Below, piece after piece: positions 51,476 to 62,069 of a stretch of 64,000 nt of DNA (positions are counted from its first letter, which is position 1; each line of letters begins with the position of its first letter). A program made the position numbers and the translations under genes. Source of the DNA: Nitrosopumilus sp. GTDB taxonomy: Archaea; Thermoproteota; Nitrososphaeria; Nitrososphaerales; Nitrosopumilaceae. Location of the stretch: NCBI GenBank assembly GCA_965219345.1, contig OZ244732.1, positions 1,088,001 through 1,152,000 on the forward strand, in the 5' to 3' direction. The notes below the pieces were generated by a model. It did not search any database, was not told the origin of the DNA, and saw nothing but the letters and a program-made list of their open reading frames with translations.

Positions 51476-51627
51476 ACGACTACATTATTTTTCATTTTTA
51501 GATCTCCCTAGTGATTATTGCGCAAGCATATTCCTTAAATCCCAAATCTTCAGCACAATTTCTTTCGATACCCTCATATATCTAAAGCAGAGACTACAAT
51601 TATGATAATTAAGGAGATGAATAATTT

Positions 51628-52770
51628 ATGCCTCAATCAGGAATTGTCAAATATCATGTTAAACTTTCCTATGAAGTTGATGGGCTCGTTGAAAGAGCAG
51701 ATATAATCGGCGCAATCTTTGGTCAAACAGAAGGACTGTTAGGTCCAGAGATGAATCTGAATGAACTGCAACGAGTTTCTAAAGTAGGACGTATTGAAGT
51801 TAATGCAAAATCTACAGCTAATACTACATCTGGTGATGCTTTAATCCCAATGAGTACTGACATTGACACTTGTGCATTAATCGCTGCAGGAATTGAAAGC
51901 ATTGACAAAGTAGGTCCATTTGATTGCAAATTCAAATTAGATGCTATTGATGATGTAAGAGCTGCAAAGAAAGACGATATTGTAAGACGCGCAAAAGAAA
52001 TCAAGCAAAAATGGGCAACAAAAACCGTTAGTGAAGGAGAAACCATGCTAAATGATGTTCACCAAGGTGATACTGGAAAACTGTCTACATATGGACCATC
52101 AAAACTTACATGCAGTTCTGGCGTCTTCGATTCTAATTGGATAATTCTAGTTGAAGGACGAGCAGATGTAATTAACCTTCTAAGAGCAGGATATGATAAT
52201 TCTCTTGCAATTGAAGGTGCAAAAATTGATGAATCTATCAAAGAACTATGTAATGAAAAAGATATTGTCGTTGCTTTCCTTGATGGAGATAGAGCAGGTG
52301 GGTTTATCCTCAAAGAACTAAAATCTGTTGTTGCATTAGACTATGAACTTCAAGCAGACAACGATGTTGAAGTTGAAGAATTAACCCCACAAAGAATTGA
52401 TGAAATTCTAAGTCCCATTGCTGATGAAATTAAAGGTGGAAAACCAACACCATCACTCAAAAATGAAGATGATAAACCACTTGTGGACGTAGCATCAAAG
52501 ATTTTTCCAAATCTTAATGAAACACTTGAAGCAGTTGCACTAGACAGTGATCAAAACGAAATTTTCAAGGTTCCAATCAGCGAAGTTGTTAGTAAATTGT
52601 TAACACAATCAGGAATCAAATATCTTCTGCTAGACGGAATTATAACTCAAAGACTAGTAGAAGGAGCCAAAAATGCAGGCATTGAATGTGTTATTGGTCA
52701 TAGGGTTGCTAAACTATCTGACTCTAATGGAATGACACTTAAAACATTTAGTGACTTGGGCGTAGCATAG
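51628..52770 (+). CDS. dnaG: Archaeal DnaG
   Basis: GAIFGQTEGLLG, VEGRADV, DGDRAG. Confidence 0.95.
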   Translation: MPQSGIVKYHVKLSYEVDGLVERADIIGAIFGQTEGLLGPEMNLNELQRVSKVGRIEVNAKSTANTTSGDALIPMSTDIDTCALIAAGIESIDKVGPFDCKFKLDAIDDVRAAKKDDIVRRAKEIKQKWATKTVSEGETMLNDVHQGDTGKLSTYGPSKLTCSSGVFDSNWIILVEGRADVINLLRAGYDNSLAIEGAKIDESIKELCNEKDIVVAFLDGDRAGGFILKELKSVVALDYELQADNDVEVEELTPQRIDEILSPIADEIKGGKPTPSLKNEDDKPLVDVASKIFPNLNETLEAVALDSDQNEIFKVPISEVVSKLLTQSGIKYLLLDGIITQRLVEGAKNAGIECVIGHRVAKLSDSNGMTLKTFSDLGVA

Positions 52771-52779
52771 GCTTTCTAG

Positions 52780-53463
52780 TTGACTGAACTAAAGATTCAG
52801 CACATCTTAACTCTCTCTTATCTTCTCTCTAAAGGAGCAAAACACAACTATGTTACTATCACTACTTCATCTCTCGGAAAAAATATCAAAAAATCACAAC
52901 AAGCTGCATCAAAACATTTGCTTGAATTAGAACAAAATAATTTCATTGAAAGATTAGCCAGTGGAAGAAATATCTCAGTAAAAATTACTACAAAAGGTTT
53001 CTCTGAAATGGTAAAACTCTCAGCTATTTTACAAAAAAGTCTGGATTCTTCCCCATCTCATGTTGAACTAAAAGGAACATTGGTTTCTGGAATGGGCGAA
53101 GGTGCATACTATATGGGACTAAAAGGATACACGAAACAGTTCAGACCAAAAATTGGATACATTCCATTTCCAGGAACTCTTAATATTAGATTGGATCAAA
53201 AAATTCACCAAGAAGCAATTAAACAATTTGAAGTTTTGGAGGGAATCAAAATTAACAGTTTTTCAGACGGCAAGAGAACCTATGGATGGGTAAAATGCTT
53301 TAAAGCAAAACTCAACAATTCAATTAATTGTGAGTTAATTGTTCTTGAACGAACTCATCATGATGATTCTATAATAGAGTTGATATCTAAAGTCTGTATG
53401 CGAAAAACTGCAAAACTAAAAGATGGTTCAAAAGTCTCAATTAAGATTCCAATAAATTCCTAA
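52780..53463 (+). CDS. ribK: HTH-fused CTP-dependent riboflavin kinase
   Basis: SQQAAS HTH; VSGMGEG, PFPGTLN, ERTHH. Confidence 0.92.
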   Translation: MTELKIQHILTLSYLLSKGAKHNYVTITTSSLGKNIKKSQQAASKHLLELEQNNFIERLASGRNISVKITTKGFSEMVKLSAILQKSLDSSPSHVELKGTLVSGMGEGAYYMGLKGYTKQFRPKIGYIPFPGTLNIRLDQKIHQEAIKQFEVLEGIKINSFSDGKRTYGWVKCFKAKLNNSINCELIVLERTHHDDSIIELISKVCMRKTAKLKDGSKVSIKIPINS

Positions 53464-54077
53464 ATGCCGTGAATTGATTCTCCATACTCTTTTTCTATTT
53501 TAGAGCTAGAGCTTTCAGGGATTGGGGATTGCAATCTTGCAACTTTTGCTTCAAGATCAATCTTTTTACATCCGTCTGTGATGAATTTCTCTTGATGAAT
53601 TTGATCATAACCAAGTGCAATAATTTGTGGCCTAACGCGATCAACTGTCTTAAAAATATCGTCTTCTTGTCCAACTAGACAAAGATCGACCATTGAAAGT
53701 GAATTTACTAATTCCTGTCTCTGTTTTTGAGCATGCAGTGGTTTTCTTTTTTTCATCTTTTCAGATGTGTTATCAGTTGCTACGACCACAACTAAAACAT
53801 CCCCTAATGCTTTTGCTGCATTAAGCGTGTGAATGTGACCTGGATGAATAATGTCAAAAACCCCCCCAGCTAACACCACATGTAATGAATTTCGTCCAAT
53901 TTCGGTAAGCGTATTTCTGTCCTCGTTTACAAGTTGATTTTTAATTAATTCATCAATCTTTGAATTAATCACATCTGACGAAAGCATGCTTTTCCTCTTA
54001 ACTATCTCAAGTGCTGATTTTCCGTTAATTTGGCACATATACATGGCAGAAAGAATTGCCTTTTCACTTATTTCCAA
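53460..54077 (-). CDS. ribL: FAD synthase (cytidylyltransferase family)
   Basis: GGVFDIIHPGH, LGYDQ, SSS. Confidence 0.85.
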   Translation of the reverse strand: MEISEKAILSAMYMCQINGKSALEIVKRKSMLSSDVINSKIDELIKNQLVNEDRNTLTEIGRNSLHVVLAGGVFDIIHPGHIHTLNAAKALGDVLVVVVATDNTSEKMKKRKPLHAQKQRQELVNSLSMVDLCLVGQEDDIFKTVDRVRPQIIALGYDQIHQEKFITDGCKKIDLEAKVARLQSPIPESSSSKIEKEYGESIHGI

Positions 54078-54122
54078 TATTATTCCTATTTCTAGGCCCT
54101 CTCTTTAATTCATCGCAAAAGA

Positions 54123-55160
54123 TTACGTCTTTCGATCAAGGCCTTTTGCCAATCTCAACGCATCTACAAGCCCATCTGCATACCCAATACTCAAAATTGC
54201 TACTTCATCTTGACCATCTTCTAGAAATTTCTCTGCGTCTTGTATGTACAATTCTGCATTTTCTAAAATTTTTTGAAATTCTTTTTGATCTTTATAATAT
54301 GGTTCGACTTCTTCAAGGGCCTCTTTAACCATTGGAACGTACTTTTCTATCATCTGAATTGAAATCTTCTTTGTTTTTTCAGAATTATCAAATGGATCAT
54401 CAATACATTCTCCTAGGATCTTCAAGGCATCTGATTCAGTAAAGTGTAATCTACCTGGAATGATTATAGTATGTGGTGGCTTTCCAAAATCTTTTTTCTT
54501 CAAACTAGATATTTTACCTGAAATAATTGATTGATCCTCGAATCCTATTCTTGATGCAATTACAGCATAGGTAGATGAAGATATGACATTTCTTCTTTGT
54601 CCTTTCTCTGTTTCTAATAATCCATTTAACGCCTCTTTAGGATCCAAGAAAAAATCTTTGTCTTGATTATATTCTAATAGGAGTACTGTATGATTTCCTT
54701 CAATGATATTTTTGTAAATTAGATAATATGGCGTTGTAAGTGATTTCATCTCACTCATTATTGTTGCAATTCTTCCAATTTTGTAAAAATGTAAACCACA
54801 TTCCCCAATAATTGAAGTAAGTGATGATGAAGCATGAACGGAATGTGTCTTTATTTTTTCTTCAATTGCTCTTGTTCTTAATTCAATATGCGTTGTTGCA
54901 ATGTATGGATCTCCATATGAGAGCAAAACCACTTTCTTCTTCTTTGCATTTTGTAAAATCTCATTTCCGTCTTCTACTAACCATCTTTTTGCAGGTTTGA
55001 ATTCACCTTTTGCCGCATTTTTGATTTTATCAAAATCAGACTTTTCAATTGGACTGGTAAATTGTTCAAGATAAACAATATCAGCTTTTGATAAAATATC
55101 CAAGCCTTCACTGGGAATTGATTTGAATCCAGAAATTCCTAAACCAACAAACCAAAGCAT
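54123..55160 (-). CDS. dph5: Diphthine synthase with C-terminal DUF357-like domain
   Basis: GLG, GDPYIATTH, GLHFYKIG, HTVLLL; C-terminal YIQDA...IGYADGLVDA. Confidence 0.92.
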   Translation of the reverse strand: MLWFVGLGISGFKSIPSEGLDILSKADIVYLEQFTSPIEKSDFDKIKNAAKGEFKPAKRWLVEDGNEILQNAKKKKVVLLSYGDPYIATTHIELRTRAIEEKIKTHSVHASSSLTSIIGECGLHFYKIGRIATIMSEMKSLTTPYYLIYKNIIEGNHTVLLLEYNQDKDFFLDPKEALNGLLETEKGQRRNVISSSTYAVIASRIGFEDQSIISGKISSLKKKDFGKPPHTIIIPGRLHFTESDALKILGECIDDPFDNSEKTKKISIQMIEKYVPMVKEALEEVEPYYKDQKEFQKILENAELYIQDAEKFLEDGQDEVAILSIGYADGLVDALRLAKGLDRKT

Positions 55161-56287
55161 TACTGCATCTTTCTATCATGAAGTCTTTTTAAGTGCTGAA
55201 GAGCTTTCTTGAGAATCTCTATTCCTCTTAGAAATTCATCGATTGAGACTTTCTCATCAATTGTATGAGCCTCATGTGGATCACCCGGACCATATGTGAC
55301 AACAGGAATCTTCCACTGATTTCCAAGAACATTCATGTCTCCTGTACCTGTTTTTCTGATTAGAGTTGGCCTTGAATGTTCTATATCCATAATTCCAAGG
55401 GTAAATGCCCTAACCAATGGTGAATTATGAGCTGCCTCAAAAGGTTCTGTCTCATCAAGAATTGAATAAAATGCCTCTACTCCCCTTTTCTCCGCAATTT
55501 CTCTTACTAACGTTGAAATTTTTTGTTCAATGGATTTACAGTTCATATCAACGGGAATTCTAATATCAAAAATAGTTTCACATTCTCTTGGAGTTACATT
55601 ATGACTAATTCCTCCCTTAATTTCAGTTACAGTAGCAGTCAATAACATTCCTTTTGTTTTGTCATCTTGATCGACTTCTAACCCTTCTTTGAGTTCTTTT
55701 GCAAAAACCATTGATTCTTGAATTGCATTTTTTGAAAGCCATGGTGCACTTGCATGGGAGCTGTCCTCAACGCTAACTTTGAGATTAATTGCTAGTCTTC
55801 CTTTGTATGCAATTGTGACTTGTTTAACTCCACTTGGTTCCCCAAAAATTGCATAATCAACTCCCATATTTTTTTTCACTAGATTTTTTATTCCTATGGC
55901 ACTTCCTTCTTCATCTACAGCTGCTACAAAAATTATGGTTCCGTTATTATTTTGAATTGATGCTGCAGCAAATAACATCGCAATTAATGGCGCTTTTGCA
56001 TCTGATGCCCCACGACCATAAAGTGAATCTCCCTCTTTCCTAACTTTGACTTTTCCAGGAACAACATCCATGTGTCCACATAGCATAATTTTTGGTGAAC
56101 CTGTTCCTTTCTTTGCAATTAAATTTCCCACTTCATCAATTTGAATATCTTCAAATCCTAAATCATCACATTTATCAGCTAAAAAATCTGCCATTGGTTT
56201 TTCACTGAGAGATGGCGTGTAAAGTGAAAGTGCTTTCTCAAGTGTCTTTACTGTAAATTCTGGTGTAACTGTAAAATGAGTATTCAA
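55160..56287 (-). CDS. lysK: [LysW]-lysine/ornithine hydrolase (M20 family)
   Basis: GHMD, GRGASDAK, DEE, GEPS, GTGDMN, YGPG. Confidence 0.9.
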   Translation of the reverse strand: MNTHFTVTPEFTVKTLEKALSLYTPSLSEKPMADFLADKCDDLGFEDIQIDEVGNLIAKKGTGSPKIMLCGHMDVVPGKVKVRKEGDSLYGRGASDAKAPLIAMLFAAASIQNNNGTIIFVAAVDEEGSAIGIKNLVKKNMGVDYAIFGEPSGVKQVTIAYKGRLAINLKVSVEDSSHASAPWLSKNAIQESMVFAKELKEGLEVDQDDKTKGMLLTATVTEIKGGISHNVTPRECETIFDIRIPVDMNCKSIEQKISTLVREIAEKRGVEAFYSILDETEPFEAAHNSPLVRAFTLGIMDIEHSRPTLIRKTGTGDMNVLGNQWKIPVVTYGPGDPHEAHTIDEKVSIDEFLRGIEILKKALQHLKRLHDRKMQ

Positions 56288-56289
56288 TT

Positions 56290-57138
56290 CTACTTACCCA
56301 TCTTTATTGCGTAATCCAACATTAAGGAAGGAATGTCCACTTTACATACTCTAACTGTATTCTTGTATTCTGTTGTACTGTTAACCTCATGAACAACTAG
56401 TCCTTTTTCATCACTTTCCATCAAATCCACCCCTACGATATCTCCCCGAACTGCATTTTTTGCCTTAATACACATTTCTTCCATTTCTGAAGTGACCTTG
56501 CATGGTTCTGCAACTCCCCCAAGTGCCATATTTGTTTTCCAATTTCCATTTCCAGAAGTCCTGTAAATTGCTGCAACTATTTTGTCCCCTACCATTATAG
56601 CCCGAATGTCTCTTGGTGGTCTTTTAACAAATTCTTCTAGATAATGAATTTGGTGAATTGGGTACATATTCTCTCTACTCTCAATAATTCCTGCAGCAGA
56701 TTCTTTGTCGTTTAATTTTGAAATCAATCTGCCCCAACTACCAACTGTTGGTTTGATTATTCTGGGGAATCCTTGTGTTTCTAATGCTTGTAAAGCTGAT
56801 TCTTTTGAAAAAGCAACTGTTGCATCAGGTGTTGGTACTCCAAATTTCTTTAGCAACATATGTGTGAATAATTTATTTCCTGCAAAAACACCTGTATTGA
56901 GACAATTGATTACCTTGACCCCAAGTCCTTCTAGGGCTGCAGTTGAATGCAAGTTTCTATAGTAACTCACACATCTCTGAATAACTATGCCATAATCCTC
57001 AGGTTTTTTTTCTAAATCCAATGCTAGTTTCTTACAATTAACCATCTGAATGTTGATGTTGTTTTTCTTACCAGCTTCTAGCAGAGCCTTTTCTTCCCAA
57101 CGGATGGTATCGTAAAGAATAGTAACGTCAGGACTCAC
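56290..57138 (-). CDS. lysX: LysW ligase (ATP-grasp); LysX by context
   Basis: Probable GTG start overlapping the lysW stop; KP.VGSWG, RDIR, WKTN, HEVN; same cluster as homocitrate synthase. Confidence 0.88.
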   Translation of the reverse strand: MSPDVTILYDTIRWEEKALLEAGKKNNINIQMVNCKKLALDLEKKPEDYGIVIQRCVSYYRNLHSTAALEGLGVKVINCLNTGVFAGNKLFTHMLLKKFGVPTPDATVAFSKESALQALETQGFPRIIKPTVGSWGRLISKLNDKESAAGIIESRENMYPIHQIHYLEEFVKRPPRDIRAIMVGDKIVAAIYRTSGNGNWKTNMALGGVAEPCKVTSEMEEMCIKAKNAVRGDIVGVDLMESDEKGLVVHEVNSTTEYKNTVRVCKVDIPSLMLDYAIKMGK

Positions 57139-57302
57139 TGTCCCCAATCCTCGCCAACCGTTTGGGCAGGCTTTAGATCAAAACCGTCTGAACCTTTTGT
57201 TAACTCAAAACTTGCACCGCATTCTGGACATGTTACAATCTCTCCTTCAAGTGCATCACTTGGTATGGAAATATCTGCATCACATTCTTCACATTTTGAC
57301 AT
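57135..57302 (-). CDS. lysW: LysW carrier protein ending in EDWGQ
   Basis: MSKCEEC...CPECG...VGEDWGQ*. Confidence 0.9.
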   Translation of the reverse strand: MSKCEECDADISIPSDALEGEIVTCPECGASFELTKGSDGFDLKPAQTVGEDWGQ

Positions 57303-57324
57303 GTTATCTTCTACATCCTCCTCT

Positions 57325-58491
57325 CTATTTATCACTAATTATCTTTTTTTCAAGTCTATCTTCAAGTGGAATTTCAATAAGATCACCCATTCTGAGATTC
57401 TTTAATCCAGCCGCAACTGCTTTTGCACCTTCATCGTCTTTTTCAAGACCTAATAGTGACATTAGATATGTAGCTCCTGTCTTTCCTACCAATTCCCCAA
57501 AAACAATTGTTCTTCTATTTCCAACTGCTCTTGGTGGTATGGGCTCGTAGGCTGCAGGGTTTCTGAGAATTGCTGCTAGGTGTGTTCCTGCTTTGTGTTT
57601 GTAAGCAGACGTTCCTACAATTGGTTTTGAGTCATATGGTTTGATTGATGTATAATCTTCAATTAATCTAGACAGATCCAATAACATATCCAGTCTAAAA
57701 TCGTTTGGTGATTTGTATAGATAAGTAAGTGCCACAGCAACTTCTGCAAGAGGTGGAATTCCTGTTCTTTCTCCAATTCCATCGATAGTAGTGTGAATCT
57801 GATCGACACCTGCATCACATGCTGAAAATGCATTTGCTACTGCAAATCCAATATCGTTGTGAACGTGTGCATCTAATGGCACATCCACTGTATCCCTAAC
57901 TTTCCTGACAAAATTATACATCCCAATTGGACGCAAAATTCCAACTGTATCTGGAAGACTGATTCTATCAACTCCTGCTTCTTCAATTGCCTTGCAAACT
58001 TTGAGCAAAAACTCAGGTTCTGCCCTACTTCCATCTTCTACTGTAAATCTAATTTTAAGACCATGAGATTTTGCATACTCTACAGTTTCTACAGATCTGT
58101 TAATTGCTTCTTCTCTTGAAATTCGTAGTTTATCTTTTAGATGAATATCTGAAATTCCTAGATATGCAGCACACCATTTTGCATCACAATCTAATGATAC
58201 ATCAATGTCTGTTTTGAGAGCACGTCCATGAGAAACAATATCTGCCTTTAATCCTTGTTTGATGATTGTCTTGGTTGCTTCTTTGTGATCATTTGAAATA
58301 ACTGGTGAGATTTCAATTTGATCTACTCCAAAATAATCTAGCATCCATGCAATCTGAATTCTTTGTTTATTTGTAAATGAAACACCTGGATGTTGTTCTC
58401 CTTCTCTTAGAGTACTGTCTAGGACTCTAATCTTCTTTGGATTTCTGTTTAATGCGTTGTAGATGTTTGCATAGTGATTCGGATCTTTCAT
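57325..58491 (-). CDS. Homocitrate synthase (LeuA family)
   Basis: DSTLREGEQ, HVHND, GIGER, HKAGTH; lys cluster. Confidence 0.88.
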   Translation of the reverse strand: MKDPNHYANIYNALNRNPKKIRVLDSTLREGEQHPGVSFTNKQRIQIAWMLDYFGVDQIEISPVISNDHKEATKTIIKQGLKADIVSHGRALKTDIDVSLDCDAKWCAAYLGISDIHLKDKLRISREEAINRSVETVEYAKSHGLKIRFTVEDGSRAEPEFLLKVCKAIEEAGVDRISLPDTVGILRPIGMYNFVRKVRDTVDVPLDAHVHNDIGFAVANAFSACDAGVDQIHTTIDGIGERTGIPPLAEVAVALTYLYKSPNDFRLDMLLDLSRLIEDYTSIKPYDSKPIVGTSAYKHKAGTHLAAILRNPAAYEPIPPRAVGNRRTIVFGELVGKTGATYLMSLLGLEKDDEGAKAVAAGLKNLRMGDLIEIPLEDRLEKKIISDK

Positions 58492-58608
58492 TACTGAAAT
58501 CGCTGGTTCAAATTGAGAATATAAACATATTCGTACTAGGTTCGTTGGAAATAATCAATACTGATCCTAATTTAGTTTTGAATTGAAATTATGAAACGAA
58601 AGTCGTTT

Positions 58609-59028
58609 TTAGATTACTTTTTTCAAAATGATCACAGTATTTGTATCAACTACTCCTGGAATCTTTCTTAATGCATCAATACTATTATTAATTTCAGCAA
58701 TCGTTGCTGCACTAATAATTACTGTAATGTCGTATTGACCTGTAATTTCATAAACTGTTTTCACTCCTTCTAATTTAGTAAGTCGTAAAGAAACTTTAGA
58801 TGTGTCTGTTGCAGAATCTACTGAAACTAAAACAATTGCACTAGTAGCATTTTCCTCACCAAGTTCTAAAGTAAATTTTTTGATAGTCCCACTACCTAGT
58901 AAATTTTTTACACGTCTTCTTACTGCTGATTCAGAAAGCTTTAGTTTTTTGCCAATGTCCACAAATGATTCTCTAGCGTTTTCTTTTAGATATTCAATAA
59001 TCTTTTCATCCACTTTATCTCTGTACAT
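58609..59028 (-). CDS. lysM: Lrp/AsnC regulator (LysM-type)
   Basis: HTH LSESAVRRRV plus RAM domain YEITGQYD. Confidence 0.87.
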   Translation of the reverse strand: MYRDKVDEKIIEYLKENARESFVDIGKKLKLSESAVRRRVKNLLGSGTIKKFTLELGEENATSAIVLVSVDSATDTSKVSLRLTKLEGVKTVYEITGQYDITVIISAATIAEINNSIDALRKIPGVVDTNTVIILKKVI

Positions 59029-60202
59029 TACGTTTTTGCTCCTCTTCAGTTAGTATAGAATCAAGAGCATGTAAAACCTTTGTTATATCGTCCTCAGATA
59101 TTACTAGTGGTGGAAGAATTCTTAGTATGTTTCTTCCAGAGTATAGCATTAGAATACCTTTTTTTATCAATTCCATTAGAATACCTTTAATTTCGAATTT
59201 CATCTCTATTCCTATCATGAGTCCTTTTCCGCGAATTTCTCTAATCATAGTGTGCTTTTCTTTTAGTTTCTCTAATCCTTCTCTGAAAATTTTCCCCATC
59301 TTCTCAGAATTCTCAACCAACCCATCTTCCGTTAATGCTTTAAGAGCTGCAATTCCTGCTGCACAAGATATTGGGTTTCCTCCAAATGTTGAAGAATGTT
59401 CTCCCTTATTCATTGCAGCTAGAATGTCAGGTCTTACAAGAGTTGCACCCATTGGTACTCCGCCCGCTATTCCTTTTGCTAAACACAAAATATCTGGTGC
59501 AGTATTCCAATGATCACAAGCCCATAATCGTCCGGTTCTGCCTAAACCAGCTTGTATTTCGTCAAAAATTAACAGAATTCCTTTTTCATCACAAAGGCTT
59601 CTCACTTCTTGCAAAAATCCTTCTGGTGCAACGATAATTCCACTTTCGCCTTGAATTGGTTCTATAACTACAAAAGATGTGTCATCATCAATAACTGAAC
59701 GAAGTGATTTTATATCTCCAAAAGATGCAAAAGAAACTTTCTCAACAAGCGGTTCAAATGGTTTTCTATATTTTGGACCAAACGTTAACGACAAAGCACC
59801 AAAAGATTTTCCGTGATAGGAACCTTTCATTGCAACCATTCCTTTTTTACCAGTAAACTTTCTTGCAAACTTTATCGCAGCTTCTATTGCCTCTGCTCCA
59901 CTATTGTTTAGATGAACTTGTGTGAGTCCTTTGGGGGCTAGTCCGATAAGCGTTTTCAAAAACTCTTCTCTTGTTTTGTTGTATAATGAACTATGAACAG
60001 TGATAATTTTATCCAGTTGTTCTTTTATTGCTTTGTTAACTCTTTGATTTTGATGACCTACTAGTGCAACACCATATCCTCCCATACAATCGATGTATTC
60101 TTTTCCATCAATATCCCATACGTGAGCTCCAATCCCTTTTTCAATTGTAACTGGAAATCTCTGATAGAGATTTCCCATAAATTGTTCTTCACTCATGTTC
60201 AA
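59015..60202 (-). CDS. lysJ: [LysW]-aminoadipate/glutamate semialdehyde transaminase
   Basis: NSGAEA, EPIQGE, DEIQAG, LAKG, STFGGNP. Confidence 0.92.
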   Translation of the reverse strand: MNMSEEQFMGNLYQRFPVTIEKGIGAHVWDIDGKEYIDCMGGYGVALVGHQNQRVNKAIKEQLDKIITVHSSLYNKTREEFLKTLIGLAPKGLTQVHLNNSGAEAIEAAIKFARKFTGKKGMVAMKGSYHGKSFGALSLTFGPKYRKPFEPLVEKVSFASFGDIKSLRSVIDDDTSFVVIEPIQGESGIIVAPEGFLQEVRSLCDEKGILLIFDEIQAGLGRTGRLWACDHWNTAPDILCLAKGIAGGVPMGATLVRPDILAAMNKGEHSSTFGGNPISCAAGIAALKALTEDGLVENSEKMGKIFREGLEKLKEKHTMIREIRGKGLMIGIEMKFEIKGILMELIKKGILMLYSGRNILRILPPLVISEDDITKVLHALDSILTEEEQKRNVQR

Positions 60203-60992
60203 TCACCGTACAATTATCGTGTGCAATTGCAGAAGATATCGGATCTTCTCTCTGACCATTTGCAATCAATGCTTCTTTGACACCCATGTCCAATGCCTCC
60301 GTAGCTGCTAAAATCTTCTTTTCCATTCCTGGTCCTGTTTTTGGTCTGATTTCTTTTGCTTCTGCTAATGCTAGTTTAGGAACAAGTTTGTCATCCATTA
60401 AGAGTCCATCAACATCTGTAATGAATAACACTTTATCACTGCCTACTTTTCCTGCCACATATGCTGCCGCTCGGTCTCCATCAACATTAAGAAATTCCGA
60501 CTCTTCACTAATTGCTATTGGTGAAATAACAGGTGTAAGTCCTTGTTCTAAGAGTAATTTAATTAATCCCGAGTTTATTTCTCTAATTTTTCCAGTGTAG
60601 CCTCCATCAATTGCTTGTTTTCTACCTTTTTCATTAACTATGAGAAGTTTCTTTTTTCTGTCAGCTTCTATAACTTTGGCATCAACTCCTGAAAGACCAA
60701 TTGCATTAATGCCATTTTTCTGAAGCATTTTAACAATTGTCTTGTTTATTCTACCAGACATTACCATTGTAAAAATCTCAGCAGTCTCTTTGTCAGTATA
60801 TCTGCTTTTGATTCCACTGGGGGATGTTACAAATTTTGGTTCTTTTCCAAGTTGTTTACAAACTTTTGTAACCTCTTTTCCACCACCATGAACTAAAATA
60901 ACTCCTTCTGATTCTACTATTTTTTTAATGTCTGCAATTGTCGATGGATGTAAATTATCTACTACGCTTCCGCCAATTTTAATTGTAATCAT
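60189..60992 (-). CDS. lysZ: [LysW]-aminoadipate/glutamate kinase
   Basis: KIGG, VHGGG, SRYTD, NVDGD. Confidence 0.92.
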   Translation of the reverse strand: MITIKIGGSVVDNLHPSTIADIKKIVESEGVILVHGGGKEVTKVCKQLGKEPKFVTSPSGIKSRYTDKETAEIFTMVMSGRINKTIVKMLQKNGINAIGLSGVDAKVIEADRKKKLLIVNEKGRKQAIDGGYTGKIREINSGLIKLLLEQGLTPVISPIAISEESEFLNVDGDRAAAYVAGKVGSDKVLFITDVDGLLMDDKLVPKLALAEAKEIRPKTGPGMEKKILAATEALDMGVKEALIANGQREDPISSAIAHDNCTVIEHE

Positions 60993-60994
60993 TT

Positions 60995-62041
60995 CTATAC
61001 GGGAGTAAGCGGAGTGTATCTTAGTCCATCCATTTCATCAAAACCACACATCACATTCATATTTTGAACTGCAGAACCCGCCGCACCTTTCATCAAGTTA
61101 TCTGATGCAGATAATGCAACTAATCTGTTATTATCTTCGTCTATATCAAATCCAATATCACAAAAGTTTGAACCGACCAAGAACTTTGGATCTGGGAATT
61201 TGTACAATCCCTTTTTGTCTCGAATAAGTCTGATAAATTTTTCATCACCATAGGCTTGACGATACAATTTCCACAATTCTTTTTCATCTATGTCTTTTTG
61301 CATGAATGTATGGTTTGTACATAAAATTCCACGAACTACATCCACTGCATGTGGACTCATTGAAACATGAATCTTCTTTCCTGCAATTTCACTCAGTTCT
61401 TGCTCAATCTCACCAGTATGTCTGTGCTTCGCTGGTTTGTATGGTCTGATTACTCCAGCTCTCATTGCATGAGCAGTTCCAGAACCTGAACCCGCGCCAG
61501 AAGATCCAATCTTTGAATCTACAATTATGTGCTCTGTCTCAATAATATTATTTTTAATTAATGGAGCAAGTGCTAGTATTGACGTAACTGCCATGCATCC
61601 TGGACAAGAAACAAGTTGTGCTTTTTTGATTTCTTCCCTGTGTAATTCAGGAACCCCAAAAACTGATTTTGGCAAATAATCAGGATGTGGATGTTCCCAT
61701 CCATACCATTTGTCGTAATCTACTTGGTCATGTAATCTGTAATCCGCACTCAAATCAATTATTTTGATGCCTCTGTCATAGAGAGCCTTTACAATTTCGG
61801 TTGCGGTACCATGTGGAACAGCTGTGAAAACTAGATCACATTTGTCAGTTAATTTGTCATAATCCAATTCTGAGAAGGTGAGGTCAGTAAATCCCTTCAA
61901 ACTTGGTTGTACTCTATGAAGAAATTCGCCAACATGCTGTCTTGATGTCACCATGGCTATCTCGACATCTGGATGGTTAACAAGAAGACGAAGTGTTTCT
62001 CCTCCAACATAACCTGATGCACCTACAATACCTACTTTCAT
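60995..62041 (-). CDS. lysY: [LysW]-aminoadipate/glutamate phosphate reductase
   Basis: GASGYVG, DLSADYR, PGC, DNLMKGAAG. Confidence 0.92.
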   Translation of the reverse strand: MKVGIVGASGYVGGETLRLLVNHPDVEIAMVTSRQHVGEFLHRVQPSLKGFTDLTFSELDYDKLTDKCDLVFTAVPHGTATEIVKALYDRGIKIIDLSADYRLHDQVDYDKWYGWEHPHPDYLPKSVFGVPELHREEIKKAQLVSCPGCMAVTSILALAPLIKNNIIETEHIIVDSKIGSSGAGSGSGTAHAMRAGVIRPYKPAKHRHTGEIEQELSEIAGKKIHVSMSPHAVDVVRGILCTNHTFMQKDIDEKELWKLYRQAYGDEKFIRLIRDKKGLYKFPDPKFLVGSNFCDIGFDIDEDNNRLVALSASDNLMKGAAGSAVQNMNVMCGFDEMDGLRYTPLTPV

Positions 62042-62069
62042 GATAAACCTCCTCGTAAAGAAGTATAAT

